A stretch of DNA of 61,824 nucleotides, filler included, from Sphacelaria rigidula (GCA_964200075.2; 6 parts of 6 records of this genome joined end to end with filler, not necessarily neighbours in it); one strand, 5' to 3'. Shown: positions 1 through 13,430, numbered from the whole stretch's first letter. The notes: generated by a model from the letters alone, not told the origin. A program made the numbers and translations.

Positions 1-1899
1 AACCAGGACGAATCTGAGCTGATGAGCTACGGGTTGGTAGCTCACCTACCGCAAACGTGCGTGGCTCATACAGCTCTCATACATGCTGGTTCACGCTCAT
101 CACCCCAAAACATTCCTCGGCAAAACCTCATGCCGTTTTCAGGAGTTAGACCGTGAAATTTTGCACAGATGTTCTACGGGGCATTACGCAACTTTCGAAG
201 GTCGAGGTTTTTTTTTCCCAACTTTTTTCACCGTTTTTCGGGGGTCCCAGCTTTTTTCGGGAAACATCGATCCAATGCGACCCCCGTAAAACGGTGAAGA
301 AAAAAAAACTAGAAAAAAAATCGTTCAACCAAAGTTGCATAATGACCAATAGCACAGTTGTGCAGAATTTCAGGATCTAACTCCTTACAACGGCGTGAGG
401 TTTTTTGCTTTTGTGCGATGCACTTTGACATGCCGCGGTGAAACCGCAAAGTACTTGATTTTAGTACAAAAACGGCGTTTTGGGCCTTCTTTGACGTGAA
501 CATGAAAATTCAAGCATCAGTTGATCGAGTTTTGCGACGAAAATTTGTGGGGCCCTTCCTTGGGTTATGCGGCGACAGCTCGTTCACGAAAAAACGAAAA
601 AAAAAATCGGAGGGTCGGTTTTCCGGGGTCCGAAAATGGAGACTACTTCGAAAAACGACTTCGATCCCGTCGGACACCCGAAAAACGATTAAAAACTCGA
701 AAAATGCCAAAACCTCGTCCATAGAAAGTTGCGAGATGACACATGGCGTATTTGTGCGAAGTTTCAGGTTCTAACTCTTACGAACGGCGTGAAGGTTTGC
801 GCGTTTGTGGAGGACGTGGGCTTGAAACGTGCAAGTCCTAACTACTTGGTTTTAGTATCGAAACGTCTTTTGGGGTGAATTTTACGCCAAGGCGAGAAAA
901 ACTGTAGGAGGTTTTCTAGTTTCTCGACCAAATTCTGTACATGTGTTCCTCGGACTATTCCGGGACGCAATACTTTTTTTTTTTCTGTTGGGGCATTCTG
1001 CACCGACTCCCGTGGGTCTTCATACGGGGACCCCCGGAAGCCGGTAGAGAACGGAGAAATCATTAAATATGGTCAAGGATACGATTTTTCCATGTTGACC
1101 ATCAATACCTACGGAGCTGCCAAGTTTGAGGACGACCTGAGCTTTTCATTAACAGATATAGGGAACACCCTCACGAGGCTCTCTGGGTCTTTCGTGCGCA
1201 TCATGAGTGGAAATTAGACGACGCCAACACCTGACATGACCGAAACATCACAGTTTCGGGTATGGTTCGACCCCCGTAGTAACCGTTTTAAGATATGTTT
1301 TTTTCACTGGATTCCGAAGCCGATGACGGTTACTACGATTTGAAGCATGTGGAGATGGGGTAGAAAATGGGCCTGGAATTCGTAATTTCGATCTCGGAAC
1401 AATTTGACGGGCGCTGATTGGTCGATATACATGTTCGCCCTNNNNNNNNNNGACTATTGGGTAGGTATTGCGAAAGGCATTTGCTGATGACTTTATTTTG
1501 GGTGGTGAGCGTGAACCAGCCTGTAGCTCACCCAGGACGGATATGAGCTAATGAGCTACGGGTTGGTAGCTCACCTATCGCAAACGTGCATAGCTCATAC
1601 AGCTCTCATAGCTCACCCAGGACGAATATGAGCTGATGAGCTACGGGTTGGTAGCTCACCTATCGCAAACGTGCGTGCATAGCTCATACAGCTCTCATAG
1701 CTCACCCAGGACGAATATGAGCAGATGAGCTACGGGTTGGTAGCTCACCTGTCGCAAACGTGCGTGCGTAGCTCATACAGCTCTCATAGCTCACCCCAGG
1801 GAAAACATGCGTATCTCATGTAGCTCTCATAGCTCACCAGGGAGCTACGCTCAAAAAGAGCTAGCTCGAGCTGTAGGGAGCTCATCTGTCCGACGTGTG
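1..1899. mobile_element. Non-autonomous TIR element filled with AGCTCA-rich subrepeats (right end only), interrupted by a ~1.35-kb repeat and a 10-N gap
   Basis: Diverged 'agctcacccaggacgaatatgagctgatgagctacgggttggtagctcacc' units at 1-80 and 1520-1880. Ends in CTGTCCGACGTGTG at 1899, the same terminus as 20333 and 23584. Confidence 0.7.
86..1410. repeat. Dispersed ~1.3-kb complex repeat, copy 1, with internal direct and inverted subrepeats
   Basis: Collinear with 8602-10222. Internal 'tctaactc...acggcgtga' repeats near 375 and 770, with an inverted copy near 140. Confidence 0.85.
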
Positions 1900-2029
1900 G
1901 AAAGTTTTGAGGTGTAGTATTTAATGTAGTAGGTGTTTTCCAATCAACTATGTTCATTCAACTCCCGCCATCTTCCCCGCCCCCCGGCCGTTACCTTCTA
2001 CCCCCGTGTACGAATTTAGCGATAAACAG

Positions 2030-3173
2030 TGATGGAGGTGAGGAGCACAGGGCAGCGTCGCTGGAGGTAACCCAGCTTTGCGAGTGCGAGGGGCACTCCA
2101 AGTCCATTACGTGCGTACGGATCCACTCTTCTGGTGAAGTGGTGCTGACTGCCTCCAAGGATGGCACGTGCAGGTGTGCGCAGTGCAGCTTGCAGGCTTT
2201 GCTCTGTTGTATTGGATTGGACCTTGTGGCATAGCGATGACTGTTCGAGGGCTGGGCTTTGTACGGGAGCGGCGATGCATGTCCCGTCATGTGGCCACCG
2301 GTCCCCGTGTCGTCGCGATATTCTTACCGAGATTTTTCTCCCTTTGCCTGCTACTGTATGGACTATAGTCCCTTCCCTTGGCTGTAGTTAGTGGCAGTTC
2401 TGTGTGTGCCGTAGATCGAAGGGAATGGGCGGTCCCTCGACCTATCAACACAGCTCAATGTCGGTCCAACCCCTCCCAACCCGCCCTCGGGATGAGGCGG
2501 AGGTGTACGAAAATAATGGAGCGACTCAGGATTCAAGTCACAGTAGAGCGTGTGCGAGAAGTTCATGATCATTGTTCACACACACGAATATTGAATGTTG
2601 AAGTTCAAAATTGAGGAAGAATAAATTATGTTTACGCCCGGGGTGGAGGAGGGGGGATTCTGTCGTGTTTTTTGTTTTTTCCTGTTCTTAGTCTACTGTG
2701 TTGGTCTGTTCTACCCTTCTTTTTTTTTTCCATAGTTTTCTTCAGCGAGCATTGCAGTTCCGCTGAAGTCTCGGGCATGTCGATGATGTGACCACGGCTG
2801 GATCCCTTGGCGGTCACTTAGAGTGCGATAATGAATTAATCAAAATATGACAAAAGTAGTCCAGGGGAACAACAACGAGGCCACTAGAGTAGCAAAGCAA
2901 TGATAGTTGCCCATTTACAAGATACAGGATAAGGATAGGACACGTACGACAGTAGTAGAAGTAAAATAGTGAGACAAAGCAGGGTGATGGTTTAGATCAC
3001 AGCCGCGTGGGGAGGGGTCGGCGAAGTGATGGAGGAGTTTTATTGATTGATTGATTGGTTGGTTGGTTGTCGCACTTTAACTGACCCCCAGGGGTCCAGC
3101 CGTGGTCTAATGATGGGCGTACGCAAGAAAAACGAAACTGAAACACGCTCTGAGGGAAAAAAGGATCAGAAAA

Positions 3174-3213
<40 letters not shown>

Positions 3214-4522
3214 CGAAAAAAATAACGTGTCCTGTGCAAAAAATACCAAAACTTCGTACGCTGAGCTACTCAGCCACCTCCGCACAATTTCCCGGTAAAA
3301 TAAGACATGGATGGCAGCGTCTATCTTTAGATTGGCACTCAATGTTGTATTAGTCACATGACAGACAGCTGTCCCCTCCCCGTGCCCCCCGTTCCACCAC
3401 CCTCTTGTCCAGGTTATGGGACTGGCGGAGAAACTCCCAGGCTGCCCTCCTGGCAACCACCTCCGGCCTGCCTGCTTCGGTACTGGCTCCGCAGGTCATG
3501 TGCCGCGCTTGCTGCTTCGCACCGCACAGGCCCGATTTGATATATTCGGTGCAGAGCGGCCCGCGCGGGAAAGCGTACGTGACGGAGTGGAAGTACCGCA
3601 TCGAGGAGGGGAGGCGAGAAAAACCGAGTGGGGCGATGAACGGGGGAGGGGATGGCTTGGAAGGGGTGATCACCTGCGCCGTTGAACCGTCAAAGGTCAA
3701 GTACGTTTCGCCGCATCCCGCCACAACGATGTCTGTACGGCAAGATGGGGCACGCTTGGCCGTGGGGAACGTGGAGGGTACCGTGCTGGTGTACCGACTA
3801 CCGGGGTTCGCGAAGGTGAATGTGGAAGATAACCCGGGGGACGCGCGGGCGACGTAATCTTTGTATCGGTTCAAGTCTACGTAGAGTAATGTTTTCTTCT
3901 TTCCGCGATACGTCATCACCTCAAGAAGAGTTCTAGTGATGAGACGCATACCTTACTGTGGTCTATTTCATTTCAAGGGTAGCATGAATTGACGATTCGT
4001 CTGGAAAGTAGTTGATTTTAGTGTGGTTGATTCGTACGGTACGAATCAATCCTCACGCTTTGTTTTCAGCGTCGCAACCCAGCTACGCACAGCCCAGGCC
4101 CGTGTAGTGATGTCAAAATTGCGTGGAGACCTCTTGACCTGAGGTCGACTTTTATTCTCTCTTTCAAGCAATCAGGCCTGAAATACCGCGGATTTGGTGA
4201 TTCGAACCGGCGATGATTCGTCCGAACCGTGATCTATTTCGACCGTTGACCTTTTGTCCCTCGCGATGCAGGGACCGAATCATACAAAGATTAACGCTGA
4301 ACTTGGCTGCGTTTCGCGAGAGCACTCGCTGCTGTTGTGCATAATTCTTGTGGTACTTGCACCCCAAGCCGAGGATATTTGGGGCAAGTGGGGGAAAATA
4401 ATGCTGCTATCGAGGGGGTTCTGTATGTGATCGGCGTGTCCAGACCTTGTTTCGGCGCCCGATGGATGATTAAATGTCCATATGTGCGACCACGGGTTCG
4501 CGAGATCGGACTAATGTGCGGA

Positions 4523-4571
<49 letters not shown>

Positions 4572-7139
4572 TGCGCCTGTAAAAATGGTACTGTAGGAGC
4601 ATCACCGGAGACAACAAAAAACCGATGCCGGTGCAACGGAGAGGCCGGGGAGCTCAATCTTTATATAGCTGAGTTATCAGAAATTCCTTTGGTGTGTCGG
4701 CTTCGCAGTCCTGGTGGTCTTGGGTCGAACACGCATTTTGCTCTTCCCCGTGTATTTCAGCCGTCACGTAATGTCTATCTTGAAAACATTCGGCCCGTGC
4801 GTGTTGAGTTGATCTGTTCACCGGACGCTACAATGTCCTCGCCACTCGCCGCTCGCCAGGTGATGGAGTACCCCGCGCATGATCTGCCTGTGACGGGGCT
4901 GGCGTTTGCGCCCGGGGACACCGGTGTCGCACTTGGAGGGTTTGACTTGCTTGCTGGCTCTGCCGACTATAAGATCACCCTCTTCAAAACGCAGGGTAGG
5001 TGTCATGGTGATCGACTCCATGTTGACGTGTCCGGGTCCGTTACCCATCTCTCGCTGTGTAGGATACCTAGCTCGTGGCAACAATTCAAAATCGGTGTGA
5101 AGTTCTTCACGGGGCGGCACATTAGCATGCGTGCGGGTGCGTATGCTTTTTTTTTTTCACCCGAGCCAGAGCTTTGCCCCTTGCTCTGACCTGAGTCTTG
5201 TCTTGCTCGCTTCCTTACGTTCCGTGTGTTTGCCTCCCTCGACTGGCGAATTGCTATTTGGCTGGTGAACTGGATGCTTGTGTGGCTTCGGGTGCTGTCT
5301 TCCGCGGATCGGGTTTTGGTTTGCAGGGAGCGCTGTTAAGCTCGCTTGCGGGCAAGTCCTGGTGAGTGTCTCAAGCATCGAACCCGCCACTTTGTGCTAG
5401 GGCTTGGCGGACAAAGAATCGTGCCCAAGACACCCATGGGCGGTGAAATTTGAATTATTCCATTCCACACCTTGGACAATATATGGTCAATAGATGCGAC
5501 AGACCAGGAGTGTACTGCACGAAGTATAGGCCTATTGCAACTATTGCCGGCCGACAATAGTCGCAATAGGCCTATACTCTATGCAGTACGTTTCTTGTCT
5601 ATTGCATCTATTGACCATATATTTTCCAAGGTGTGTTCTATCCCGAAGCGTCTCAGACCCGCGGTGATGGTCTAGCTTCGATACAATACTTCAGACTAGA
5701 CCGGATGTTCGATTTGAGCGTTATTCGCACGAGGTTGGTCTTTCAAGCTCCGTTCCTGTGGCGACACCTTCACACGCCACATGGAGATGAGGCCAACAAT
5801 CTAGTCTGTTCCCAGGCCGTAGCCGTGTACTTCCTCTGTATCGAGTGAGTAAGTTAAGATTCTGGAGCTTGTACGGGCCCTTAATCGTGTCCCATTATTT
5901 GTTCGTATTTTCGAATGCATTCTCTGGCGTTTCATATAGCAAGTAGCTTTTTTTTTTCCAACAGGTTTCCCTCACCCCAGTAGCCGAATGGAAATGGAAA
6001 TGGCCAAATTTCACCCCTTGTCCGGGGTCCCAAACGTCGAAAATGTCATCTTTGTTCGTCCTCACCATCACTGGGAGTTGATGCTAGAAAGCCTCAAGCC
6101 TTTTCAAAGGCCTCCTCATCGTGTTTCAACACTATTTCCGAGGTTCCCGCCCTCTGCCGCACCCTCACCTCGGTATGGTTCACACTTTAGTCGTTATCGC
6201 CTAACTTCCGGAGTGTTTGGTAAATTAAAATTTTCAAAATCCCAAGATTGGGTATGTTTTACTCTGTTCATGCCTAGTATATGTATATATATATGTGTAA
6301 CTTCGTTTTTTTCTCCCCCCACTAGCTTCATCCGCGCTTCATCTTTCCAACAAACCCAACCATGACATCGCCACTGTCACCGTTATACTCATACGACCTA
6401 ATACCAATGACTACCCTATTTTATGAGACGGAGGATAATGTCGAGGAGTGGGGTGCTATTAATGATGCTTTTTGAATTACGAAATCCAGTCAACACCCGT
6501 GCCATACGTGGCAGGTGCTGAGCTCCCTCGGGAAAAGTTAAGCAGGTTTTTGTTCCTCCGCTTCCCGGCACCCCTCCGTCCGAGCGGGTAGATTGTTGTA
6601 GGTTCTTGATCATGGCATCATCTGAATACACGCACCTTGTACTGGAGGCGAAAGAAATATCTACCTTTAGGCCACTTACCTCGCTACTGGATCCTACACT
6701 GGTCATTGCTCTCTTACACTCGCAGTGAACCCCATCCTCCCGCCCACTTCCTCCCCCCCCCTCTTGTAGCGATTCGACCTTAATGGTCATATGACTACGG
6801 CAGGCAAGATCATGAGTACCCCCCCACCCCCCACCCCCCCCTGCGCCGCGATTTTGGTTGCTTTCCATTTTGGCTTTTCAGCGAGGTCTGTGGTGGCTGG
6901 TCGTCATGGTCATAACTTCAATTTTGTTCATCTTGCGGGCTATCGTGTCGATAATTATGACGGTGATCCCTCTCATGGGATTATGTGCGATTGGAGCCGC
7001 GGTGTATTACTACCCGACCAGTTTGCGTGATGTCGCCATAAGCTTCTATGACGAAATAGCTGTAGAGTTGGGGTGGGAACCGATGTCTGTTGTAGGAGAA
7101 GATCGGGAACCCGAAGAGAGGGTACCTCTGGTTGGGTGA
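2030..7139 (+). CDS. SEC12: SEC12/PREB-like WD40 protein with C-terminal transmembrane segment(s), 5'-partial; exons 2030-2173, 3413-3815, 4860-4995, 5327-5361, 6882-7139
   Basis: All four GT-AG introns are phase-consistent. Splicing restores the WD40 repeat GHSKSITCV...LTASKDGTCR|LWDW, then AHDLPVTGLAFAP...LLAGSADY, then a hydrophobic tail (GLWWLVVMVITSILFILRAIVSIIMTVIPLMGLCAIGAAVYYY) ending in TGA. Assignment to SEC12 rests on architecture and motif recall. Confidence 0.75.
3040..3110 (-). repeat. Retroposon-like 3' end with (CAAT)n tail; other copies at ~2790-2845 (+), ~7690-7740 (+), ~18110-18168 (+)
   Basis: Shared 'ccacggctggatccc(t)ggggtcagttaaagtgcgacaatcaatc' in four places. Confidence 0.65.
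3177..3208. repeat. (AT)n microsatellite
   Basis: Direct reading. Confidence 0.95.
3975..4260. repeat. Dispersed repeat; inverted diverged copy at ~16860-17100
   Basis: 'aattgcgtggagacc...gcaatcaggcctg...ggatttggtga...accggcgatgat' is present as reverse complement at 16870-16975. Confidence 0.7.
4524..4570. repeat. (AAT)n microsatellite
   Basis: Direct reading. Confidence 0.95.
5466..5635. mobile_element. 170-bp palindromic MITE in a SEC12 intron, CAC...GTG ends, 3-bp TSD (CACTA/CMC-like)
   Basis: cacaccttggacaatatatggtcaatagatgc ... gcatctattgaccatatattttccaaggtgtg, with TTC on both flanks. Confidence 0.75.
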
Positions 7140-8509
7140 TTTTGATGTGTGCATGCTTTTTTATGATCAGTTTTTTGTTGTTCGGTGTGTGGAAAAAGTC
7201 ATAGTGTTGTGAAGCTTCGAGTTCTCTCTCAGGGTAGAGGTGATGGACTGAAGGGGGGGAGGGGGGATTCATGGCGACCGTGTGTACCATCATTTGCGAA
7301 TTTGAACAACTGCTCATACTTCCTGTTTACTTGTTTTTAATGGATATTTTGGTAAGTTTAGGACTCTTGTAGTAAGTACAGATTGAACAGGAACCGGGGA
7401 GGTATGAATGATCCCAATTTTGCCTCCAGAGCAGGGGGGCTACCGTATATTTTCATATGGGCATCGTCAGAGTAGTGTAGAGCAGACACTGCTGCTGCGA
7501 GCTGCTGCAGTGAATTGAAAGTAGTAGGGGATGGGTGGTGGATTCGTTTTTGACCGATATTGGGTGAGGTGACACTGTGAGGCTTACAGGATGTGGTTAC
7601 CAGGTGAATGTGTGCGCTATTTTTGGTGTCGCCGGCGGTTGGTCTGTCAGCTTGCGTTGGATAAAGAGCACAAATTCCTTGAGCCAAGAATCCTGGGGGG
7701 TCAGTTAAAGTGCGACAATCAATCGATCAAAATCAATCAAGAGTTGGCCTCCCGCGGGGAGGCTGGAGTGTCTTCATTTTGATATCTTGTGTGGAAATAA
7801 TCCTCAGCAAAGGAATCATCTTCATCGAAGTATCAGCAACAGCCGCTATCAAGGGTGAATGAAATGGGCCATTCCTATCGTGAACTCTGCGATGCGAGGC
7901 ACTGTACTGTAACCCTTTACCCTCAGGGGTGAGTTTCCCGCTGGATCGGCACCATTTCCTCCTTCTTAAAAAGTGTAACAAAGAGTGATATATGACCTGT
8001 GCTGGCGGTCAAAAAGGAGTTACACTTTGCATAAGCGATCGAAGCTATGGTACGCGGTCGCAAACCATGATATGCTCGGGGTAAGTGTGAAAAATGAGAA
8101 TTAGAGAGGCACGGTTAAGAACAAGGTTTGATCTACCTCCTTACACAACAATCGCTCTCGCTGGGCTACTGGTCGCTGATACAGTCCCTCGCCCTGGACA
8201 GGGAAGATCTCGGGGAACCCAAGCAACAAGAGTGTGTAAAAGACTGTACTGTGCACAGTATATCATTATTTCATTAATTGAAAATTGTTTGGGGATGGAT
8301 GGTTGGATAGTTGTTTGCATTTTGTTTTTCGGACATGGGAAAGACAATATTATAGATAAGGTGGCGTGAACCTACTTTGGGACAAAGTGTATATACTATG
8401 CAGTACAAGGCTGTGAGAGAGGGGAGTTTCGGATCAGAACTGCCGCAGTAAACAACCGATCATCGAAATTGAGGATGGAGCTTTTAGTTGAGGACGATAA
8501 CCCATAAAA

Positions 8510-10222
8510 TTAAAATATTCGTATTCACACCAAATCCTCGAAATATGGTTACATCCCCTCACCTACTGGTAGCTATTGACAAATACTACACGTCCTACAG
8601 CCTAGTTCAGGCTCATCGCCCGAAAAACGCTCATCGGCAAAACCTCACGACGTTTCAAGGACTTAGACCCTGAAATTCTGCACAGATGTTTTTTATGGGG
8701 CATTACACAACTTTCGAAGGTCGAGGCATTTCGAAATTTCGACTTTTTCCACCGTTTTTCGGGGGTCCCAGTTTTTTCCGGGAAATATCGATCCAATCGG
8801 ACCCTGTAAAACGGTAAAGAAACGAAAACAAAAAAACTCGTTCATTCGAAGTTGCGTAGTGAGCCATAGCATAGTTGTGCAATTTTTGCGGTCTAACTCC
8901 TTAGAGCGGTGTGAGGTTTTTCGCTCTTGTGCGATGAACTTTGACGTGCCGCGACGAAACCGCAAATTACTTGATCTTGATTTTAGTAGAATACGGCGTT
9001 TTTGGGCCTTCTTTGACGTGGACATGAAAATTCAAGCATCGGTTGATTGAGTCTTGCGACCAAATTTTGTGGGACCCTCTCATGGGTTATGCAGCGACAG
9101 CTCGTTCACGAAAAAATGAGAAAAAATATCGTAGTGCCGGTTCTACGGGGTCTCAGAGTGGAGACTACACGGGTAGCCACTGGGGTCTGTAACCTGGCCA
9201 TTTTGGGACCTTTTCCACCTTTGGTAAGGTCCGCGGATTGGGTAGACAACGGAGGAGCATTCGCACGGCATGGGCATCATCGAAACAAAACATGTCCCAG
9301 TCTATAGGCGGGTGACTCCCCGGTAGACTGGAACATGTTTTGTTTCGAACCTGTCCATGCTGTGCGAATGCTCTTCAGTTGTCCACCTAATCCGTGGACC
9401 TTACCAAATAATTTGGATAAGGTCCCAAAAAGGCCAGGTTACAGACCCCAGTGGCCACCCGTGTACTTCGAAAAACGACTTCGATCCCGTCGGACCCCCG
9501 AAAAACGGCAAAAAACTCCAGAAGTAAAACAAAAATGTTCATAGAAAGTTGCGTAATGACACATAGAATATTTGTGCCAAGTTTCAGGGTCTCACTCCTA
9601 ATAACGGCGTGAAGGTTTGCGTGTTTGTGGAGGACGTGGGCTTGGAACGTGCAACTCCTAACTACTTGGTTTTAGTATAAAACGTCTTTTGGGGTGAATT
9701 TTACATCAAGGCAAGAAAAACTGTAGGAGGTTTTCGAGTTTTTACACCAAACTTTGTACATGTGTTCCTTGGACTATCCCGGGACGCAGTGCTTTTTTTC
9801 TTTTTCTTATGGGGCATTCTACACCGCCTTCCGGGGGTCTTCATACTGGGACCCCCGGAAGCTGGTAGAGAACGGAGAAATCATGAGACATTGCCAAGAA
9901 TACAATTTTTTCCATTTTGAGCATCAATACCTGCGGAGCTGCCAAGTTTGGGGGCGATCTGAGCTTTTCAGCAACAAATATAGCGGACACCGCCACGAGG
10001 CTTTCTGGGTCTTTCGTGCGTATCATGAGTGGAAATTTGACAGCAACACCCGACATCACCGAAACATCACGGTTTTGAGTATAATTCGACCCCCGAAGTA
10101 ATTGTTTCGATTTTTTTCCGTTGGATTCCCGAGTCGATGACGGTTACTACGATATGAAGCATGTGGAGATTGGGTGGAAATTGGGCTTGGAATTCGTAAT
10201 TTCGATCTCGGAACAATTTGAC
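8510..10222. repeat. Dispersed complex repeat, copy 2; its 5' part is related to the arms of the 55.2-56.0 kb palindrome
   Basis: Collinear with 86-1410. 8520-8600 ('ctggtagctattgacaaatactacacg') matches 55255-55335. Confidence 0.85.
9168..9463. mobile_element. 296-bp MITE with TA target-site duplication (Tc1/mariner-type)
   Basis: TIRs cacgggtagccactggggtctgtaacctggcc / ggccaggttacagaccccagtggccacccgtg. TA at 9166-67 and 9464-65. The empty site 'gacTActtcg' is present in the paralogous copy at 641-650. Confidence 0.9.
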
Positions 10223-10322
10223 NNNNNNNNNNNNNNNNNNNNNNNNNNNNNNNNNNNNNNNNNNNNTTAATTAATTAANNNNNNNNNNNNNNNNNNNNNN
10301 NNNNNNNNNNNNNNNNNNNNNN
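10223..10322. other. Artificial spacer N44-TTAATTAATTAA-N44; identical spacers at 20544-20643, 30865-30964, 41185-41284, 51505-51604
   Basis: Six-frame-stop linker inside Ns. Segment lengths are 10222, 10221, 10221, 10220, 10220, 10220. Confidence 0.97.
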
Positions 10323-10453
10323 GGAGTGCTGACCCAAACCGCGAGACCAAAATGAAAGGCTCGTACCGGAGGAGAGACGGGTTGATCCCTTGAGACCACG
10401 GACTCATCCCGAGGAAGAGGATACGGGTTCCAAGTGTGAGGGAAAAGAAAAAG

Positions 10454-10899
10454 TGGGAGCCGTTCAAAAATTCTGTTCAAAACTGCCTTTTTGGCCTTTC
10501 TCCGTCGTTTTTCGCCTGACAAGAGGGCTAGGCGGATATTGATGCCTTGGCACGACTTGCTCTACTCATTGAGGCCGTTCCAGGGCAACTTCGCATTTTC
10601 CACTGGTTGCACTTCCATTTTTGGCCAAACACGGATTTCCAACAAAAGACGGTCAAGCGATCAACAAGAAGGGGGAAATTTTGATCACCTGACGTTTTAT
10701 ACTGAAAATTCGTGTTTGGCCTCATTTGGCCAAAAACAAAAGTGCGGCCAGCGGGAAATGCAAAGTTGACCTAGAACGGTCTCAACGAGTAGAGCAAGTG
10801 ATTCCACGGCGTCAACATGCGTCTAGCCCTCTCTTCGGGCGTAAATTGACGGAGAAGGACCCAAAAAGCAGTTTTGAACGGCTACCTTTAGAGTTGGCC
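10454..10899. mobile_element. PIF/Harbinger (Tourist-like) palindromic MITE, left end truncated
   Basis: Homologous to 46437-46914. Right end ...tagagttggcc is followed by TAA. Confidence 0.7.
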
Positions 10900-11619
10900 T
10901 AAGACACGCCCTGAAAGGGTGAAAAAAATGCGCGAACGAACGAATCAAACATTACGCTCGTGCCGGATCTTCCATCTTCTACTTATCACATATAACATAG
11001 TTTCATAACCTATATAGATATCCAACCTTTGGCTCAACCTCTTGGTAGGAGCCACTGGCTTTACCATCTCCCAAATTATATTAATCCCTCTCCTCGCCTA
11101 TCGTAGAGGAGGCGGCCCCGTCCGATCCTTGTATATATATGCTAAAACGTCCTGAACAAGTGTGAAAAAGCAATTAAAATCAACCGATGCCACTTTTTCG
11201 GTTCGTTATGGCTGAGCGAGGTCCCACACAAAGATTCAAAACACGAGTACTAAACCTTGGCCGATAAATGGGCTGTGGCAATGTTGTTCCGAATTTCGCC
11301 CGGCCCGTTTCCTGAATCGCCTCGTCTCACCTTAATTTTGCGAGTTGGACTTGAAAATCTGTTACGGAGGAAGAATAGAGCATGCTAAAAAGCTGTCGAT
11401 CGGGACGGGCAAATGTAGGTAATGATTATTGCCATTAACTCGCGAAACAAAAACAAAAACTGTTTGTTCCGATCGACAGCTTTTCAACATGCCTTATCCT
11501 TCCTCCCTACCAAAATCCGAAGTCAAACTTGCAATATTGAGGCGAAACGGGGTCTGCAGACCACAAATTCGTGTCTAGGCCGGCCCAGCTCGTAGTGTTT
11601 TCTATTGCCTTGTCTATGT

Positions 11620-11772
11620 GCTTCTGGACCCTACTGCTGTTCCTGAAATCCCCACAAAATCGTCCGCAAACATCAATCCCGATACCATTTTTTCACCCAC
11701 CTTGACTCCTTGCTTTGCTGCTTCTATTGCTATTATTAGATCATTAATAAACACCTTGAATAGAGTGGGTGA
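11620..11772 (-). mobile_element. Fragment of non-LTR (LINE) reverse transcriptase
   Basis: SPTLFKVFINDL...GVKVGEKMVSGLMFADDFVGIS, matching the RT SPxLF and F/YADD motifs. Confidence 0.85.
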
Positions 11773-12073
11773 TCCATACCCAATATTTGGGTAGAGGTCG
11801 GAGATCGGACCATCGCAACCCAAATTTGAACGAGAGTAAATACCCGAGTATTTGCCATACTCAAGATACCCTAGGAATAATTCTCCATCGCAACTGGTAC
11901 ATGGAAACACAGGTAAGAAAACATGTCACAATACGTTGAACACCGGGCGCGTGCGCTATTACAAGCTAACTTCTATATTTGGCCGATCATTTCGAACCCT
12001 TATGTTAACGTATATCCCTGTGCAACTCCTTGTGAAATGTGGAAATACTTCGATATTTCCCAGTCTAGCATCC

Positions 12074-12455
12074 TGTCGCCCCGGTGGCTCAGTTGGTAAC
12101 GTCGGTAACCTCTGACGGTTGGGTCATGGGTTCGAATCTCAGAGCGATCTTGTTTTTTTATAACAAAACGCACACCAGTAGACAGCGACGATGTTGTGGG
12201 TACACTACTTCGACTTCACGATCGACAAGGGAAAGGGAGTGCTGATCCCCTCTCGCGATGCTGATTCCCTCTCGCGATGAAGAAGAAGAGGCAAGCACCG
12301 CAGGAGGACGATGGAGCACTAGAAAGAGAAGAAAAAACTCCTGTGCTGACCTGCCTCCTGTGTGACCCCGGCTGGTGTGCCCACATATACCGAAAGGTAT
12401 AGACCGGCGTCCAGAATAGACGGGACGACAAAACACAACACACAGCATCGCACTT
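12074..12455 (+). mobile_element. tRNA-derived SINE-like element, copy A
   Basis: A box TGGCTCAGTTGG and B box GGTTCGAATC. Body and tail 'cctgtgtgaccccggctggtgtgcccacatataccgaaagg...ccagaataga' are shared with 14495-15375 and 20644-20970. Confidence 0.7.
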
Positions 12456-13430
12456 CTCGCACACTCTGTCATCATCTTCACCACTCTCCACATCTTTCCT
12501 GATCCCAGTTTCCCACAATCTTTCCCACAACCCCATTTCTCCATACTGTCATAAACCCTTTGCACGTAAAGGGGGGCGGGGGGGAGGGCGTACTCATTTG
12601 TTGCTTGCCTTGGTCGTTTGACCATTGACCACGCATCCCTTTCGAGACGGAGCATAGGGGGGGGGGGGGCTGTCAAGGGGTTGAGAGTTCAACAAGGTCC
12701 GAGTCTCGAATAAGAAAGGATTGTCTGTGTAGACTGCAGACTCGCGCTCAACACTGTCTATTACCCATTTCTCGGAGTTCGGTTTCCCACTCCGTAGCAT
12801 GAGTCTTTACAAAACGGTCTCGAAAGTGTACGATTTTGAACTGAGGCGTGTGCCCTATCCTCAACTCCATGCAACCCAAGGCATGCCGATAACCCTCGGA
12901 CAAGAGCGTTGCACAGGGTGCGCTGGGTGAAGAGTGCGTTGGCAGGACCCCAAAATCGGGACCGATTTGGACAAAGAAAAACGCATTCTGCGCACCCCAG
13001 CGATACTTCGGACCATCAGACCGCGCTAAAATATCCGAATATTGCGAGGTGTTCAGACTCAGATCAAGTAGTGGAAATTTCGGGAAAGTTCTTCAACCCT
13101 TCGACCGCTGAAGGTGTACACTTGTTGAATCGGCATCAAGGTTGGTCCCACAACATTTGTCGTGCACGAATAGGGTGTTCGCAAACACCGTAATGATCGG
13201 TACTTTAGAGGTGCCGCCAACCCTAACCCTAAAACCAAATAAAGTCTATACTCTGTTGTTTCTCATGAGATGATGATGACGCCGATTCGATCTCCGGCGG
13301 TCGAAAAGGGCATTATCTTCTCTCTATATTCGAGCGAGAATGATACCGATTCCACACGTCTACAAATGGAAATCTCCGGCAGTCAAGGAATGAGCGGTGT
13401 CGTATTGGATATTGAAGTGGAAACCCTACC

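Noticed and set aside
1520-1880. AGCTCA repeat array as a CRISPR array
   Set aside because: No unique spacers, degenerate units, bounded by transposon TIRs, eukaryotic context and no cas genes.
4569-5189. 206-aa ORF as a standalone gene
   Set aside because: Only 4860-4995 is exonic (SEC12-like); the rest is intron read-through.
10267-10278. TTAATTAATTAA as a biological motif (e.g. piggyBac site)
   Set aside because: Artificial linker embedded in Ns.
12080-12145. tRNA gene
   Set aside because: A/B boxes are present but there is no convincing cloverleaf, and it is fused to a repeated body, so it is a SINE head.
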